From a virus: 64,000 bases of DNA. The notes under the pieces are model-generated. The model searched no databases and had not been told where the DNA came from. It saw nothing but the letters and a program-made list of their open reading frames with translations. Each line of letters opens with the position of its first letter. Positions within the stretch are counted from its first letter, which is position 1. Where the stretch lies: positions 1 through 64,000 of the IMG/VR virus record IMGVR_UViG_3300017917_003866, one strand, 5' to 3'. The position numbers and the translations under genes are program-made. Below, one piece after another: positions 1 to 10,063 of the stretch.

Positions 1-302
1 AAAACTATAACCCTAAGGTGGTTGTTGTAGAATATAATTGTGATGCCGATCCAGAATCTAGTCTTACTATAAAATATGATCCATCTCATAGATTTTGTGA
101 AAATAATTACTACGGTGCTACTGCAGGTGCTTTTAATAAATTAGCAAAAGAGAAGGGATATAAATTAGTTGCTTCTACGGATGGATTAAATCTTTTTTAT
201 TGTAGAGAGGATCTAGCATCAGATTTTAAAGAGATGGATTTAAGTTTAGTTTATAGAGGTAAGGTATGGCCTTTTTCTAACAGGGAAATGATTGAATATT
301 AA
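1..302 (+). CDS. C-terminal part of a putative SAM-dependent (FkbM-like) methyltransferase, 5'-truncated
   Basis: Frame is open from the window start (NYNPKVVVVEYN...YYGATAGAFNKLAKEKGYKLV...NLFY). This resembles the C-terminus of FkbM-like methyltransferases in glycan loci. Confidence 0.55.
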   Translation, partial: NYNPKVVVVEYNCDADPESSLTIKYDPSHRFCENNYYGATAGAFNKLAKEKGYKLVASTDGLNLFYCREDLASDFKEMDLSLVYRGKVWPFSNREMIEY

Positions 303-1983
303 GAATATTAATACTGGTAAGTTAAGGAAGGATGTTATTATAAATATTCCTTTAATAGGGGAAAAAAGTATAGAAAATAGACATCTTAATTTTTTATCAT
401 GCTTTAGAAAATTAGAATATAGAAAATTCATAAAGGAGATAAAAAAATATCCCACGGATAAACATTTCCTCGATATTAATATAAGAATAGCAATATATCT
501 TTGTTTTTTAGAAGACTATGAAAAAGCTAAGGATTTTTTTATAAAAATATTCTATATAGATAGCGGAATTCAAGTGACACAATCTCTACAAGTATTTTCA
601 CACAGAATATATGAAAGGGAGGGATTTTCAAAAGATCTAGAAAAAATCATAGGATTTACAATAAAAAGATCCGATGATTTAAGATTGGATAAATGGAGGA
701 TAAGTGGTAAATTCTTTTTAGGACTGTATTCTAAAGACGATTCAAAAATATTCAAAAATTTTATAGATTGCTTAAATATCAACAGGATAGAGGTTGATAT
801 GGATTGTTATTACGATAAAATATGCTATATAGTATCATGGCTAAGATATAAATATCCAAAACAATCGGATACTTATTTGAAAAAATTGTATGATAGATTG
901 GACGGAATGGGATATTCTTATAGCCAAATACTCTATCCTCTGATTAAATTTCATAAGCCTAATCATTTAGGGAAGCATGTAAGCGGGTATAATTCAGGAA
1001 GCTTATGGGAATATGTAAACGAAAATAGAAAAAATATGAAGTACAAAAGAATATGTATTTTAGGATCAACCGGATTGGTTGGATCTAGCGTATATAAAAA
1101 ATACATCGATAAGTATCCTGCAGCTATTATTCTTTCACCAAAAAGGTATAATTTAGATCTTGAAAATAGAGAGCAGGTAATTGGTTATTTTCTTAAGAAT
1201 AAGCCAGACCTTGTTTTTATGTGTGCAGCAAAGGTTGGAGGAATAAAGGCAAATAATGATTATAAAGCTGATTTTATAACGTCTAATTTAAAAATTCAAA
1301 CTAATGTCATAGAAGCTTGCCATTTATCAGATGTTAATAAATTAGTTTTTTTAGGATCTTCCTGCATATATCCCAAGAATTCACAGATTCCTATAAAAGA
1401 GGAATATCTAATGACAGGACATCTGGAGGAAACTAATGATGCCTATGCAATTGCTAAAATTGCGGGGATTAAAATGTGTCAGTCTTACAATCAACAATAC
1501 GGAAGGGATTTCATATCTGTAATGCCTTGTAACCTTTACGGACCTGGTGATAACTTTGATCTTAATAACAGTCATGTACTTCCTGCTTTAATTAGAAAGT
1601 TTCATGAAGCTAAAGAGGAGAATTTACCTGAGGTAGAAATATGGGGAACAGGAAAACCTATGAGAGAATTTTTATATGCTGAAGATTTGGCTGATGCCCT
1701 CATATACCTTTCAGAAAACTACTCTTCTCCTGAAATAATAAATGTGGGTACAGGTGATGATATATCGATACTAGATCTTGCTGAAATAATATCAAAAGAA
1801 GTTGGCTATAAAGGGAATATAAGATTTAATTCTGGATACCCTGATGGGACATATAGAAAAGTCATGGATGTTTCTAAGATTTTTGAAACTGGATGGAGAC
1901 CTTTAACTACAATAGAGGAGGGAATTAAAAAAACCTATGAATACTATAAAAAAGTAAAATGCCAAATAAAACCGCTATTATAA
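292..1983 (+). CDS. fcl: GDP-L-fucose synthase with a 248-aa unrelated N-terminal extension; enzyme domain starts at ATG 1036
   Basis: [10 protein letters not shown] Rossmann motif, [17 protein letters not shown], catalytic [38 protein letters not shown]; adjacent to gmd. Confidence 0.92.
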   Translation: MNIKNINTGKLRKDVIINIPLIGEKSIENRHLNFLSCFRKLEYRKFIKEIKKYPTDKHFLDINIRIAIYLCFLEDYEKAKDFFIKIFYIDSGIQVTQSLQVFSHRIYEREGFSKDLEKIIGFTIKRSDDLRLDKWRISGKFFLGLYSKDDSKIFKNFIDCLNINRIEVDMDCYYDKICYIVSWLRYKYPKQSDTYLKKLYDRLDGMGYSYSQILYPLIKFHKPNHLGKHVSGYNSGSLWEYVNENRKNMKYKRICILGSTGLVGSSVYKKYIDKYPAAIILSPKRYNLDLENREQVIGYFLKNKPDLVFMCAAKVGGIKANNDYKADFITSNLKIQTNVIEACHLSDVNKLVFLGSSCIYPKNSQIPIKEEYLMTGHLEETNDAYAIAKIAGIKMCQSYNQQYGRDFISVMPCNLYGPGDNFDLNNSHVLPALIRKFHEAKEENLPEVEIWGTGKPMREFLYAEDLADALIYLSENYSSPEIINVGTGDDISILDLAEIISKEVGYKGNIRFNSGYPDGTYRKVMDVSKIFETGWRPLTTIEEGIKKTYEYYKKVKCQIKPLL

Positions 1984-2972
1984 CAGGAGTAAATGGACAG
2001 GATGGAAGTTATCTTGCTGAACTTTTATTAGAAAAAGGATATGAAGTACATGGTACTATAAGAAGATCCTCGTCTTTTAATACATGGAGAATAGACCATA
2101 TTAGATCTCATGAAAATTTTCATTGGCATTACGTTGACGTAACAGATCCAGTATCTATTAGTAATCTTATATCTAAGATTCAGCCACACGAATTTTATAA
2201 TTTAGCAGCGCAGAGCCATGTTAAGATTTCTTTTGAAATTCCTTATTATACAGGACAAGTAGATGCTATAGGAACTCTTAATGTATTAGAAGCAATAAGA
2301 ACACATTCACCCGCTACTAAGCTTTATCAAGCATCAACATCTGAACTCTACGGAAAGGTTCAAGAAATACCTCAAACAGAAATCACTCCATTTTATCCGA
2401 GAAGTCCCTATGGAGTTGCTAAGCTTTATGGATTTTGGATAATAAAAAACTACAGAGAAGCATACAATATTTTTGCATGTAATGGAATTCTTTTTAATCA
2501 TACATCTCCAAGAAGAGGGGAGAACTTTATGGAGAAAAAGATTGTGGATTCGCTTGTAGCTATTCATAAAGGAAGCAAAGAAACTCTTAATCTTGGAAAT
2601 CTAGATGCTAAAAGAGATATAGGACATGCTAAAGAATATGTTGAGGGTATGTGGAGGATGCTTCAACAAGAGACACCAGAGGATTTTGTTCTTTCTACTG
2701 GTATTTGTTTTTCTGTAAGAGATATAGTTGAGACCGTTTATCAAATTTTAGGTAATAGTATAAAATGGGTTGGTGAAGGACTAGATGAGAAAGGTATAGA
2801 CGTAGAAACTGGAAGATTAGTTGTTACTATAGATCCTAAATATTTTAGGCCATCTGAAGTTGATCTACTAATTGGTAATGCTAAAAAAGCTAAGGAGATT
2901 TTAGGATGGGAAAGTAAATCTACTATTAGAGAAATATTGGAGGAGATGGTTTATGATCAAATGAAAAAATAA
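1959..2972 (+). CDS. gmd: GDP-mannose 4,6-dehydratase
   Basis: [62 protein letters not shown]. Confidence 0.96.
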   Translation: MPNKTAIITGVNGQDGSYLAELLLEKGYEVHGTIRRSSSFNTWRIDHIRSHENFHWHYVDVTDPVSISNLISKIQPHEFYNLAAQSHVKISFEIPYYTGQVDAIGTLNVLEAIRTHSPATKLYQASTSELYGKVQEIPQTEITPFYPRSPYGVAKLYGFWIIKNYREAYNIFACNGILFNHTSPRRGENFMEKKIVDSLVAIHKGSKETLNLGNLDAKRDIGHAKEYVEGMWRMLQQETPEDFVLSTGICFSVRDIVETVYQILGNSIKWVGEGLDEKGIDVETGRLVVTIDPKYFRPSEVDLLIGNAKKAKEILGWESKSTIREILEEMVYDQMKK

Positions 2973-3550
2973 TGAACTATAAATCATTAATAGAGAAAGA
3001 AATAGAGGGAATCAGAAATATACCAACTGATAGGATAGATGAAGTTGTTAATCAGATACACTGGAATCTAACCACAGGGAGAATAATAACTTCTGGCATG
3101 GGAAAAGCTGGGCAAATAGCTAACACTTTTGCAACTACACTTTCTTCTACAGGAACACCCGCTTTTTTTCTTCATCCTTCGGAAGCTCAACATGGTGATT
3201 TAGGAGTTGTACAAAACGGGGATATTATTATAGTTTTTTCTAATTCAGGAGAAACTAGAGAAGTTATAGAATTAATAGAGTTGGTACACGGGTTAAACTA
3301 TCATAATTTAATTTTTGCTATTGTAGGAAAAAGTAACTCACATATAGAAGCAAGATGTGCTGATTATATAGAATTCGGGCCTGTTGAAGAAATATGTCCC
3401 TTAGGTTTAACCCCTACCACATCTACTACATGTATGTCCGTTATATCTGATTTGATAGTGGTAGGTCTTATGAAGAGAAACGGATTTACTAAAGAAAAAT
3501 ATTCAAAATTACATCATGGAGGATACCTTGGTAAGAAATCAAAAAACTAG
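2972..3550 (+). CDS. kdsD: Arabinose-5-phosphate isomerase, SIS domain only (no CBS pair)
   Basis: GMGKAG, STGTPAFFLHPSEAQHGDLG, SNSGET, PLGLTPTTSTT, HHGGYLG; directly upstream of kdsA. Confidence 0.88.
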   Translation: MNYKSLIEKEIEGIRNIPTDRIDEVVNQIHWNLTTGRIITSGMGKAGQIANTFATTLSSTGTPAFFLHPSEAQHGDLGVVQNGDIIIVFSNSGETREVIELIELVHGLNYHNLIFAIVGKSNSHIEARCADYIEFGPVEEICPLGLTPTTSTTCMSVISDLIVVGLMKRNGFTKEKYSKLHHGGYLGKKSKN

Positions 3551-4319
3551 GATTCTTATAGCGGGTCCTTGTGTTATACAAAGTTGGGATACCTGTTATG
3601 AAATAGCTACTGAAGTTAGAAGATGTGGACTTCTATATAATTTTGATCCGATATTTAAAGCTAGCTTTGATAAAGCAAATAGAACGTCTGTAGACGGATT
3701 TAGAGGCATTGGTATAGATAAAGGATTGGATATACTAAGAAAGATAAGAGAAAGGCTAAATATGTCGGTAATAACTGATGTACACGAAGTTTCTCAGGTT
3801 GAAAAAGTATCTAAGGTCGTTGATTATTTACAGATCCCTGCTTTTCTTTGTAGACAGACAGATTTAATCGAAGCATGCGCTAAAACTGGATTACCTGTTC
3901 TAATTAAGAAAGGTCAATTCTTATCTCCTGAATCTTGTAAATTTATAGAGAATAAATTTTATAAGTTTGGTGGAAATAATTTAATGATAGGAGAAAGAGG
4001 AAATAGCTTTGGGTATAACGATTTAATAGTTGATGCTACATCTATCTCTAGATTAAAAAAAGGGTGTAACAATTCAAAGATTATAATGGACTGCACTCAT
4101 AGTTTACAAAGACCGAATATGTCATCTGGCAAAACTGAAGGCAGAGGCGATATGATAGAGGATATGGTTAAATTTGCATCCGTTATGAATGCTGATGGAT
4201 TATTTATAGAAACCCATCCGTATCCCGAACTTTCTCCTTCTGATTCTGAAAACATGTTGGAGCTTAGAAAATTTGAATATGTTATAAAAAAATCAAGAGC
4301 TATCTATGATGCAATCTAA
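3516..4319 (+). CDS. kdsA: 3-deoxy-D-manno-octulosonate 8-phosphate (KDO8P) synthase
   Basis: IAGPCVI, FKASFDKANRTS, TDVHE, QIPAFLCRQTDL, KKGQF, ERG, DCTHSLQ, GLFIETHP. Confidence 0.95.
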   Translation: MEDTLVRNQKTRILIAGPCVIQSWDTCYEIATEVRRCGLLYNFDPIFKASFDKANRTSVDGFRGIGIDKGLDILRKIRERLNMSVITDVHEVSQVEKVSKVVDYLQIPAFLCRQTDLIEACAKTGLPVLIKKGQFLSPESCKFIENKFYKFGGNNLMIGERGNSFGYNDLIVDATSISRLKKGCNNSKIIMDCTHSLQRPNMSSGKTEGRGDMIEDMVKFASVMNADGLFIETHPYPELSPSDSENMLELRKFEYVIKKSRAIYDAI

Positions 4320-5016
4320 ATTACTCGATGTTGTTATAATAAGTTATGCTAAAGATGATTATTGCAGAACCTTAACAATTAATTGTATACTTTCTTTGAT
4401 GTCTTCAGAAGATAATGCTAATGATATTTTTAATATCATAGTTGTTGAATCCGAACCGGGAATAACTTGGAATCATTTATCAGAAAATGTAAAAACTTTT
4501 CCCGCTCCTCTACCTTATGGATATCACAAATTTCTAAATTTTGGAAGAAAGATGGGAAATTCTCCTTGGGTTGCTTTGTGTAACAATGATTTGATATTTA
4601 GAAAAAATTGGTTTTCTAGCATTATAGAGGCTTCTGAACAACTCCCTGATTTTATGTCATTTTCTCCGATGTGCCCAATGACTCAGACACTTTACGGAAT
4701 AAACGAAAATATGGGAGTACTTGAGGGATACGAAATAAGAAAGCAAATATCAGGATGGTGTATAGTTCATAAAAGGGATATCTATGATATAATAGGAGAT
4801 CTAGATGAAAGATTTCATCATTGGTTTTGTGATAATGATTATGCTATGGAGTTAATTTCGAAAAAAGTAAGACATGCTTTAGTTACAAAATCTATAGTAG
4901 AGCACCACGATAATAACATAGGAAAAACAACAGAGAGGGTTGTTAAGGATTATGATCTAATGTACAAAATGACTAGCGGATCCTATCCTATATTTAAAGA
5001 AAAATGGAACTTATAA
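4306..5016 (+). CDS. Glycosyltransferase family 2
   Basis: DVVIISY, IIVVES, LCNNDL (DxD-like), GDLDERF..WFCDNDY, VEHH: GT-A fold pattern. Confidence 0.8.
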   Translation: MMQSKLLDVVIISYAKDDYCRTLTINCILSLMSSEDNANDIFNIIVVESEPGITWNHLSENVKTFPAPLPYGYHKFLNFGRKMGNSPWVALCNNDLIFRKNWFSSIIEASEQLPDFMSFSPMCPMTQTLYGINENMGVLEGYEIRKQISGWCIVHKRDIYDIIGDLDERFHHWFCDNDYAMELISKKVRHALVTKSIVEHHDNNIGKTTERVVKDYDLMYKMTSGSYPIFKEKWNL

Positions 5017-5025
5017 AAAATAGTT

Positions 5026-5646
5026 ATGACTAGATACGATATAATAAACAAGATTATAGAAAGTAAAGGATATAAGAATTACCTTGAAATAGGAGTAAGG
5101 GACGGAGAATGTTTTAAAGAGATATGCTGCGAAAATAAGACTGGAGTAGATCCTGCTCCTGTTTCTTCTGACACAACTCATATAATGACTTCTGATTCTT
5201 TTTTTGAATCCCTGGAGGATGATTATAAATTCGATATCATTTTTATTGATGGACTTCATTTAGATCGCCAGGTTGACAGAGACATAGAGAATTCTTTAAA
5301 ACATCTTTCAGAGAATGGTACTATTGTTTTACACGACTGTAATCCACCAACTAGATATCACGCTGAAGAAACTCCCGTTTTTACTGCACCAGCAAACGGT
5401 AATTGGAACGGTACTGTATATCTTTCTTTAATAAAATTAAGATTATATAGAAATGATTTAAAATTAACTACTGTTGATACTGATTGGGGAGTGGGAATTT
5501 TAACTAGAAATCTAAGTGAAACTATAAATGTTTTTCCTAGTGACGCAACTAATTGGGAATTTTTCAATGAAAACAGGCAAGAAATTTTAGATTTAGTAAC
5601 TCCTTCGGAATTTTTAGAATTATACGCGTCTTATAAAACTGTATAA
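5026..5646 (+). CDS. Class I SAM-dependent methyltransferase (Methyltransf_24-like)
   Basis: YLEIGVRDG, GVDP, FDIIFIDGLH, GTIVLHDCNP, DTDWGVG. Confidence 0.85.
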   Translation: MTRYDIINKIIESKGYKNYLEIGVRDGECFKEICCENKTGVDPAPVSSDTTHIMTSDSFFESLEDDYKFDIIFIDGLHLDRQVDRDIENSLKHLSENGTIVLHDCNPPTRYHAEETPVFTAPANGNWNGTVYLSLIKLRLYRNDLKLTTVDTDWGVGILTRNLSETINVFPSDATNWEFFNENRQEILDLVTPSEFLELYASYKTV

Positions 5647-5650
5647 TTTT

Positions 5651-5679
5651 GAAATTATTTACTATTAATCTCATATAAA
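5651..5679 (+). promoter_or_regulatory. Putative early/middle promoter GAAATT-N17-TATAAA
   Basis: Intergenic; same two boxes and spacing as the sites at 20216 and 53061. Confidence 0.5.
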
Positions 5680-5686
5680 TTATATT

Positions 5687-5947
5687 ATGACTATAGAGAA
5701 GGGTTATAAAATTGTTATTTCTAAGGAGAAAGGTAAATCATACATAGAAATAACAAGACATAAAACCTCCTATATGGATAATATACTTATAATTAATAGT
5801 ATAGGTAGTACAAAATATGATGATACTTGGATAATAGAGAAGGATTTAGAGGTTTGGATTTCATCTATTAAAAGGGATGGATACGAAATAATTAAAACAG
5901 TGGAAGATGTGGAATCTCCTAAAAAGAATACTAAAAAGAAAAAATAA
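5687..5947 (+). CDS. Hypothetical protein
   Basis: 86-aa ORF filling the gap on the coding strand, downstream of a promoter-like motif. Confidence 0.6.
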   Translation: MTIEKGYKIVISKEKGKSYIEITRHKTSYMDNILIINSIGSTKYDDTWIIEKDLEVWISSIKRDGYEIIKTVEDVESPKKNTKKKK

Positions 5948-5950
5948 TAA

Positions 5951-6530
5951 TATGGAAAACATAGAAGAAATAGATGTTGAGATTCTTGATAGAGAGCTTA
6001 AACCTTTTCTCTATAAATGGACTAAGGGAGATAATTCTGGTACCGTTTGTGAATATGAAAGTGTTTTTAAAGATCCTACCAGTGGAATATTATGGATAAA
6101 CTTTAAAGGAGGTACTAGAATAAATTATTCCTTGTTGAACGAGTATATGATGCAGATAGACTCTTCCTCTATAGTTCATAACGAACCGGTAGTCCAAACT
6201 AATCTTCCTATTAAAAATGTAATGCTTTCTGAATCTAAAGCTAAGGTTCCAGATTTAGAAAATCCCATAGTTTCTCTTTTACAAAAACAAAAACCAAATT
6301 GGGTTGAGGTTGGTATTAATCTTAAACTAAATCTACCTACTAAGAATCTTTATAATGTTCTTTCGTCGTCTTTTGATGATGCAGAAGAGGAGATTATAGA
6401 ATTCGTTGTTAGAGATTTAGACATCGAATTAATAAAAGAGAGTCTAAGGATAAATATAAAGGATATATATAAATCAAATGGAACTTTACGAAAAAGCGGA
6501 ACAAGCGGTAATACAAAAAACGAAGAATAG
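5951..6530 (+). CDS. Hypothetical protein (probable start ATG 5951)
   Basis: Long ORF; ATG 5951 follows an A-rich stretch just after the upstream stop. Confidence 0.65.
6462..6469 (+). promoter_or_regulatory. Putative late promoter GATATATA
   Basis: 8 nt upstream of ATG 6478; lies inside the upstream ORF, so weaker than the intergenic copies. Confidence 0.4.
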
Positions 6531-7041
6531 AGAAGTCGTAGATATAGACGGACATCTATTTATCAGACAGATAAATCCTGGCGTTATAATAATGCCATAC
6601 ACTTTAAACGAGGAGGGGTTTCCTTCTAAAATAGGTATAATATCTGAAGTATTAGATCAAAGACCAGGTGGGATGTCCAAGACATTAATAACTGGTTCAC
6701 AAGACGACAAAGATTCCAACATATATCAAACAGCAGTTAGAGAGATGGAAGAGGAGTCGGGGTTCTTAGTAGAGGATCTTAAAAGATGGAATTTTTTAGG
6801 GAGTCTATATACATCAAAGATGGTCATTAATTCTAATCCATGTTTTGCAGTAAATATTACTGGGCTAGTTTCAGGAGAGAAAAAAACAGATGGATCTAAG
6901 TCCGAGAAGGATACCAAATTCGAATTAGTTTCAGTGGACGAGGCACTAAATCTAGAGGATTCTTTAGTTAGTACATTATTCATAAAAACTTTTAAAGATA
7001 TTTTTAACAGTAAAGAGGAAGAAGATGAATCTACCAAATAG
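6478..7041 (+). CDS. Nudix hydrolase
   Basis: Nudix box GSQDDKDSNIYQTAVREMEEESGF. Confidence 0.82.
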   Translation: MELYEKAEQAVIQKTKNREVVDIDGHLFIRQINPGVIIMPYTLNEEGFPSKIGIISEVLDQRPGGMSKTLITGSQDDKDSNIYQTAVREMEEESGFLVEDLKRWNFLGSLYTSKMVINSNPCFAVNITGLVSGEKKTDGSKSEKDTKFELVSVDEALNLEDSLVSTLFIKTFKDIFNSKEEEDESTK

Positions 7042-7192
7042 AAAAGAAAGAAGAAAGGCTGCTAAGCAGATGGGTCTTCTTGGAAAGAAAAAAGAAATTA
7101 GCGAAGAGTCTAAAGAAAGAGCTAAGGCAATGGGAAATCTCATCAGACTTAGAAATTTGACTGAGCAAAGAAATAGAAAAAAAGATAATTGA
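7025..7192 (+). CDS. Small basic protein, 55 aa (not in the ORF track)
   Basis: Read directly: MNLPNRKERRKAAKQMGLLGKKKEISEESKERAKAMGNLIRLRNLTEQRNRKKDN*; fills the gap between two genes. Confidence 0.65.
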   Translation: MNLPNRKERRKAAKQMGLLGKKKEISEESKERAKAMGNLIRLRNLTEQRNRKKDN

Positions 7193-7198
7193 TTTATA

Positions 7199-7525
7199 GT
7201 GTCTAATAAATCTTTTATAATTCCTAAAGCAGATAAGGTAAAAACCTTTAATCAGGGTTCTTGTGAAAATTTTCATGTGATAGATGTTAACCTGTGGTTT
7301 AAGAATAATAATCTTACGCCTTCTTCAATGAATGAAATAAGACAGTATATTTTTGAAGAATGGTTACAGAAAAAAATAACTAGTTCTAAATCTAAAGTCT
7401 CTACTGGATATAAACTTGTTATAGTGTATGATAGTCCTACTGATCCTTTTGTTGATCTCTTAAAACAAAAAATCATAGAAATTTTAGATTACGATTTTTG
7501 TGATATTGTTTTAATAGAGGAATAA
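7199..7525 (+). CDS. Hypothetical protein
   Basis: 108-aa ORF, GTG start, operon-like spacing. Confidence 0.55.
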   Translation: MSNKSFIIPKADKVKTFNQGSCENFHVIDVNLWFKNNNLTPSSMNEIRQYIFEEWLQKKITSSKSKVSTGYKLVIVYDSPTDPFVDLLKQKIIEILDYDFCDIVLIEE

Positions 7526-7532
7526 AAAAGTA

Positions 7533-7540
7533 GGTATATA
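7533..7540 (+). promoter_or_regulatory. Putative late promoter variant GGTATATA
   Basis: Intergenic, immediately before the first gene of the baseplate module. Confidence 0.4.
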
Positions 7541-7544
7541 CTAT

Positions 7545-9443
7545 ATGGCAGATCCTAAAGTATTTAGAGAGGGTACATTAAATAATTTACAGAACCCTGG
7601 TGAATCGATATCAGGTGTACAGTATTATAACCAGAATGGTATATATGCTTTTCCTAGCGATAAAGTATTTGCTACTTACGAGCTTTCTGAGCTAAGATAT
7701 CTTCCAAAAAGTTTATTTTACGATGCAGCAACATCTGATGGCGTTTATAGGGGTCTTTTTGCTTATTATGTTTTAGGAACGGGTGCAAATAAAGCTAAGT
7801 ATCACAAATCTGAATTAAAAGAAAGTCTAGAATTAATAACATCTAAGGCATCTAGAAACCCAACAGCAAAACAAATAATAGATGTTGTTACCAAAGGGGC
7901 TGGAGGAATCCCTAACTATTTAAATCCTAATAGCCAATTTAGAGGGCAAATATACAACGTAAAGGATTTTATTTTTTGTAAGTACTATGGAGTTATTCCT
8001 AATAATAGAATGCTTACTCTTAGAAGATTTGCACACCCTACTTTAGATTCTTTAAGAGTTATTGCTAATGATAAAGTAGGAGACTTTACTGGATCTGCTG
8101 GTAAGGACGGAAAGATAAAGGTAAAATATGAAGTTCCTAAAGATGGTATACCGGATCTAGGAAAACTACAGGATCTTACTGGAACATATAACACATCATT
8201 ACCTGTTGCTCAGTTGGTTACATTTTTTGGAGGAGATACAGGAAATAATCTTAGCACTATATTAGGAATAGATACGGGGTTAAATTTTTCCTTACAGACA
8301 CAAGAGCCTACGAAGAATGAACAAACAGGAGATCCAGGCCTTATGAATACACCATACGGGGATCTAATAAAAGCTGCTATAACTAGTGGTGGAAATGATA
8401 TATCAACCGAGGATATTACTGCTTTTGATAATCTAATAGGAACACTAATAGCTCCTGAAAAAAATATAAAAAGGTTAGAAAGGGCTCTTTTAGACGAAGC
8501 TGTAACTGCCGATGGACCGCTATCAAAGAAAATATTTGTTAACCTAAATACAGTAAATCAAGTAGCAGTTAGACAACAAGGATTTAGTGGAGGAACAAAT
8601 AGTTTTACCTTAAATTTTCATTATACTCTCAGCTCAGCAGGTGAGGTGAATTCTAAATTATTATTTCTAGATCTTATGACAAATGTATTGTCGGTAGGTT
8701 CCGACTATGGACAATTTTTAACGCCTGAAATAAGAGTACAGCAAACTTCTGTTGGTATGGGATTTCCCGGAGGTCCTGCGGGATATGCCAAATCTATAAC
8801 TGATCCGATTAATTATATAAGAGATATTGTTTCTAGAATGCTATCAGCAGGATCTGTAAATAAATTAAAAGAACAGGAGGACCTAGTTAAATCAAAAACT
8901 AGTGAAATATATCAGGATGTACAAAAGTTTATTAATGATCCTGACAAGGGATTAGATCCTAATTCAAGTTTTTATAAGTCTATATCAGTCATGATATCTG
9001 AGGCTTTTTTGAAAAAAATATACTACAGTCCAATTATGCTTAGTGGATATCCTACTGGAGAATGGCATTTAACGGTAGGGAATCCTTTGAATCCTATAGC
9101 CATGATGGGTAATCTTGTTTGTAATAATGTTAAGATAAACTTTAATGACGAGTTGGGTCCTGATGATTTTCCGACAGAAATGACCGTACAGATTCAACTT
9201 ATGCCAGGAAGACAAAGACACAGGGGGGATTGGGAATCTATGCTTAACAGAGGTAATGGAAGATTATATTTAGGACAACTTATATCTAGCAAAGAATCTA
9301 CACAAGCATGGGTTAATACTAAGGGTAATTTTGTTAATGACACAGAAGGTAAGGATATTTATAATATAGTTAACGAAAATATAGATCCCCTTACTGGAAG
9401 AGAACCTTTAGGATTAACTGGAGCCACTGGTACTAATCAATAA
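7545..9443 (+). CDS. Putative baseplate/tail-tube-initiator protein (gp48/gp54-like, tentative)
   Basis: Directly before gp53-like, hub-like and gp5-like genes; C-terminal GNLVCNNVKINF..GPDDFPTEMTVQIQL resembles tube-fold initiator proteins. Confidence 0.45.
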   Translation: MADPKVFREGTLNNLQNPGESISGVQYYNQNGIYAFPSDKVFATYELSELRYLPKSLFYDAATSDGVYRGLFAYYVLGTGANKAKYHKSELKESLELITSKASRNPTAKQIIDVVTKGAGGIPNYLNPNSQFRGQIYNVKDFIFCKYYGVIPNNRMLTLRRFAHPTLDSLRVIANDKVGDFTGSAGKDGKIKVKYEVPKDGIPDLGKLQDLTGTYNTSLPVAQLVTFFGGDTGNNLSTILGIDTGLNFSLQTQEPTKNEQTGDPGLMNTPYGDLIKAAITSGGNDISTEDITAFDNLIGTLIAPEKNIKRLERALLDEAVTADGPLSKKIFVNLNTVNQVAVRQQGFSGGTNSFTLNFHYTLSSAGEVNSKLLFLDLMTNVLSVGSDYGQFLTPEIRVQQTSVGMGFPGGPAGYAKSITDPINYIRDIVSRMLSAGSVNKLKEQEDLVKSKTSEIYQDVQKFINDPDKGLDPNSSFYKSISVMISEAFLKKIYYSPIMLSGYPTGEWHLTVGNPLNPIAMMGNLVCNNVKINFNDELGPDDFPTEMTVQIQLMPGRQRHRGDWESMLNRGNGRLYLGQLISSKESTQAWVNTKGNFVNDTEGKDIYNIVNENIDPLTGREPLGLTGATGTNQ

Positions 9444-9454
9444 AATATAATATT

Positions 9455-10060
9455 ATGCTATTAATAGATATTATAAACAATAAGCCATTTTTTACTAATC
9501 CTAATAATCAGGAAAGATTTTTAGATTTATTAGCTCCTTCTTGGTCTCCTAGAAATGTTAATTATACTATAAAAGCGATAGCATTTGTTACTGATGAAAC
9601 TAAAATGAGACCTGATTTGGTGTCTATGCAATATCTTTCTGATACATCTAAACTTGGGACATTATTAAAACTTAATAATATATCTAATCCCCTAAGTGTG
9701 AATACAGGTGAGGTTTTACTTGTGCCTGGCGAACAAATGATAAATGATTTATTTCAGAGTGGGAAGGCTATAACCAACCAAAAACAAAAAGCAAGATCTT
9801 TTAGAAAAGAATTGCAGGAAAAAATATCTCAGATAAGTAAAGATAGACTAGAATATTTAAATTCTAAAAATGTTTCTAATCTAGCAGAAACTCCGCTTCC
9901 TCCTAATTTATTACAAGAAGGGCAGCAACAAATTCTTGTTACTGAGGGCAGACTAATATTTGGTCCTGATATTGGACAATGTAGGAGTAGAGCTAAGAAA
10001 AATGTTTCTGTTACTGACATAAAAACAAAATTAGCTCAAAAGAACATTTTTAAAAGATAA
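9455..10060 (+). CDS. Baseplate wedge protein, gp53/LysM-like
   Basis: RPDLVSMQYLSDTSKLGTLLKLNNISNPLSVNTGEVLLVP matches the gp53/LysM pattern (RPDxxS..Y...LNxIxNP). Confidence 0.7.
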   Translation: MLLIDIINNKPFFTNPNNQERFLDLLAPSWSPRNVNYTIKAIAFVTDETKMRPDLVSMQYLSDTSKLGTLLKLNNISNPLSVNTGEVLLVPGEQMINDLFQSGKAITNQKQKARSFRKELQEKISQISKDRLEYLNSKNVSNLAETPLPPNLLQEGQQQILVTEGRLIFGPDIGQCRSRAKKNVSVTDIKTKLAQKNIFKR

Positions 10061-10063
10061 AAA

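Noticed and set aside
1-5646. Interpretation as a bacterial LPS locus or a giant eukaryotic virus
   Set aside because: Same strand, spacing and composition as the adjacent T4-like genes (gp25, gp6, gp13, gp32, UvsW); no integrase, host housekeeping or NCLDV core genes seen.
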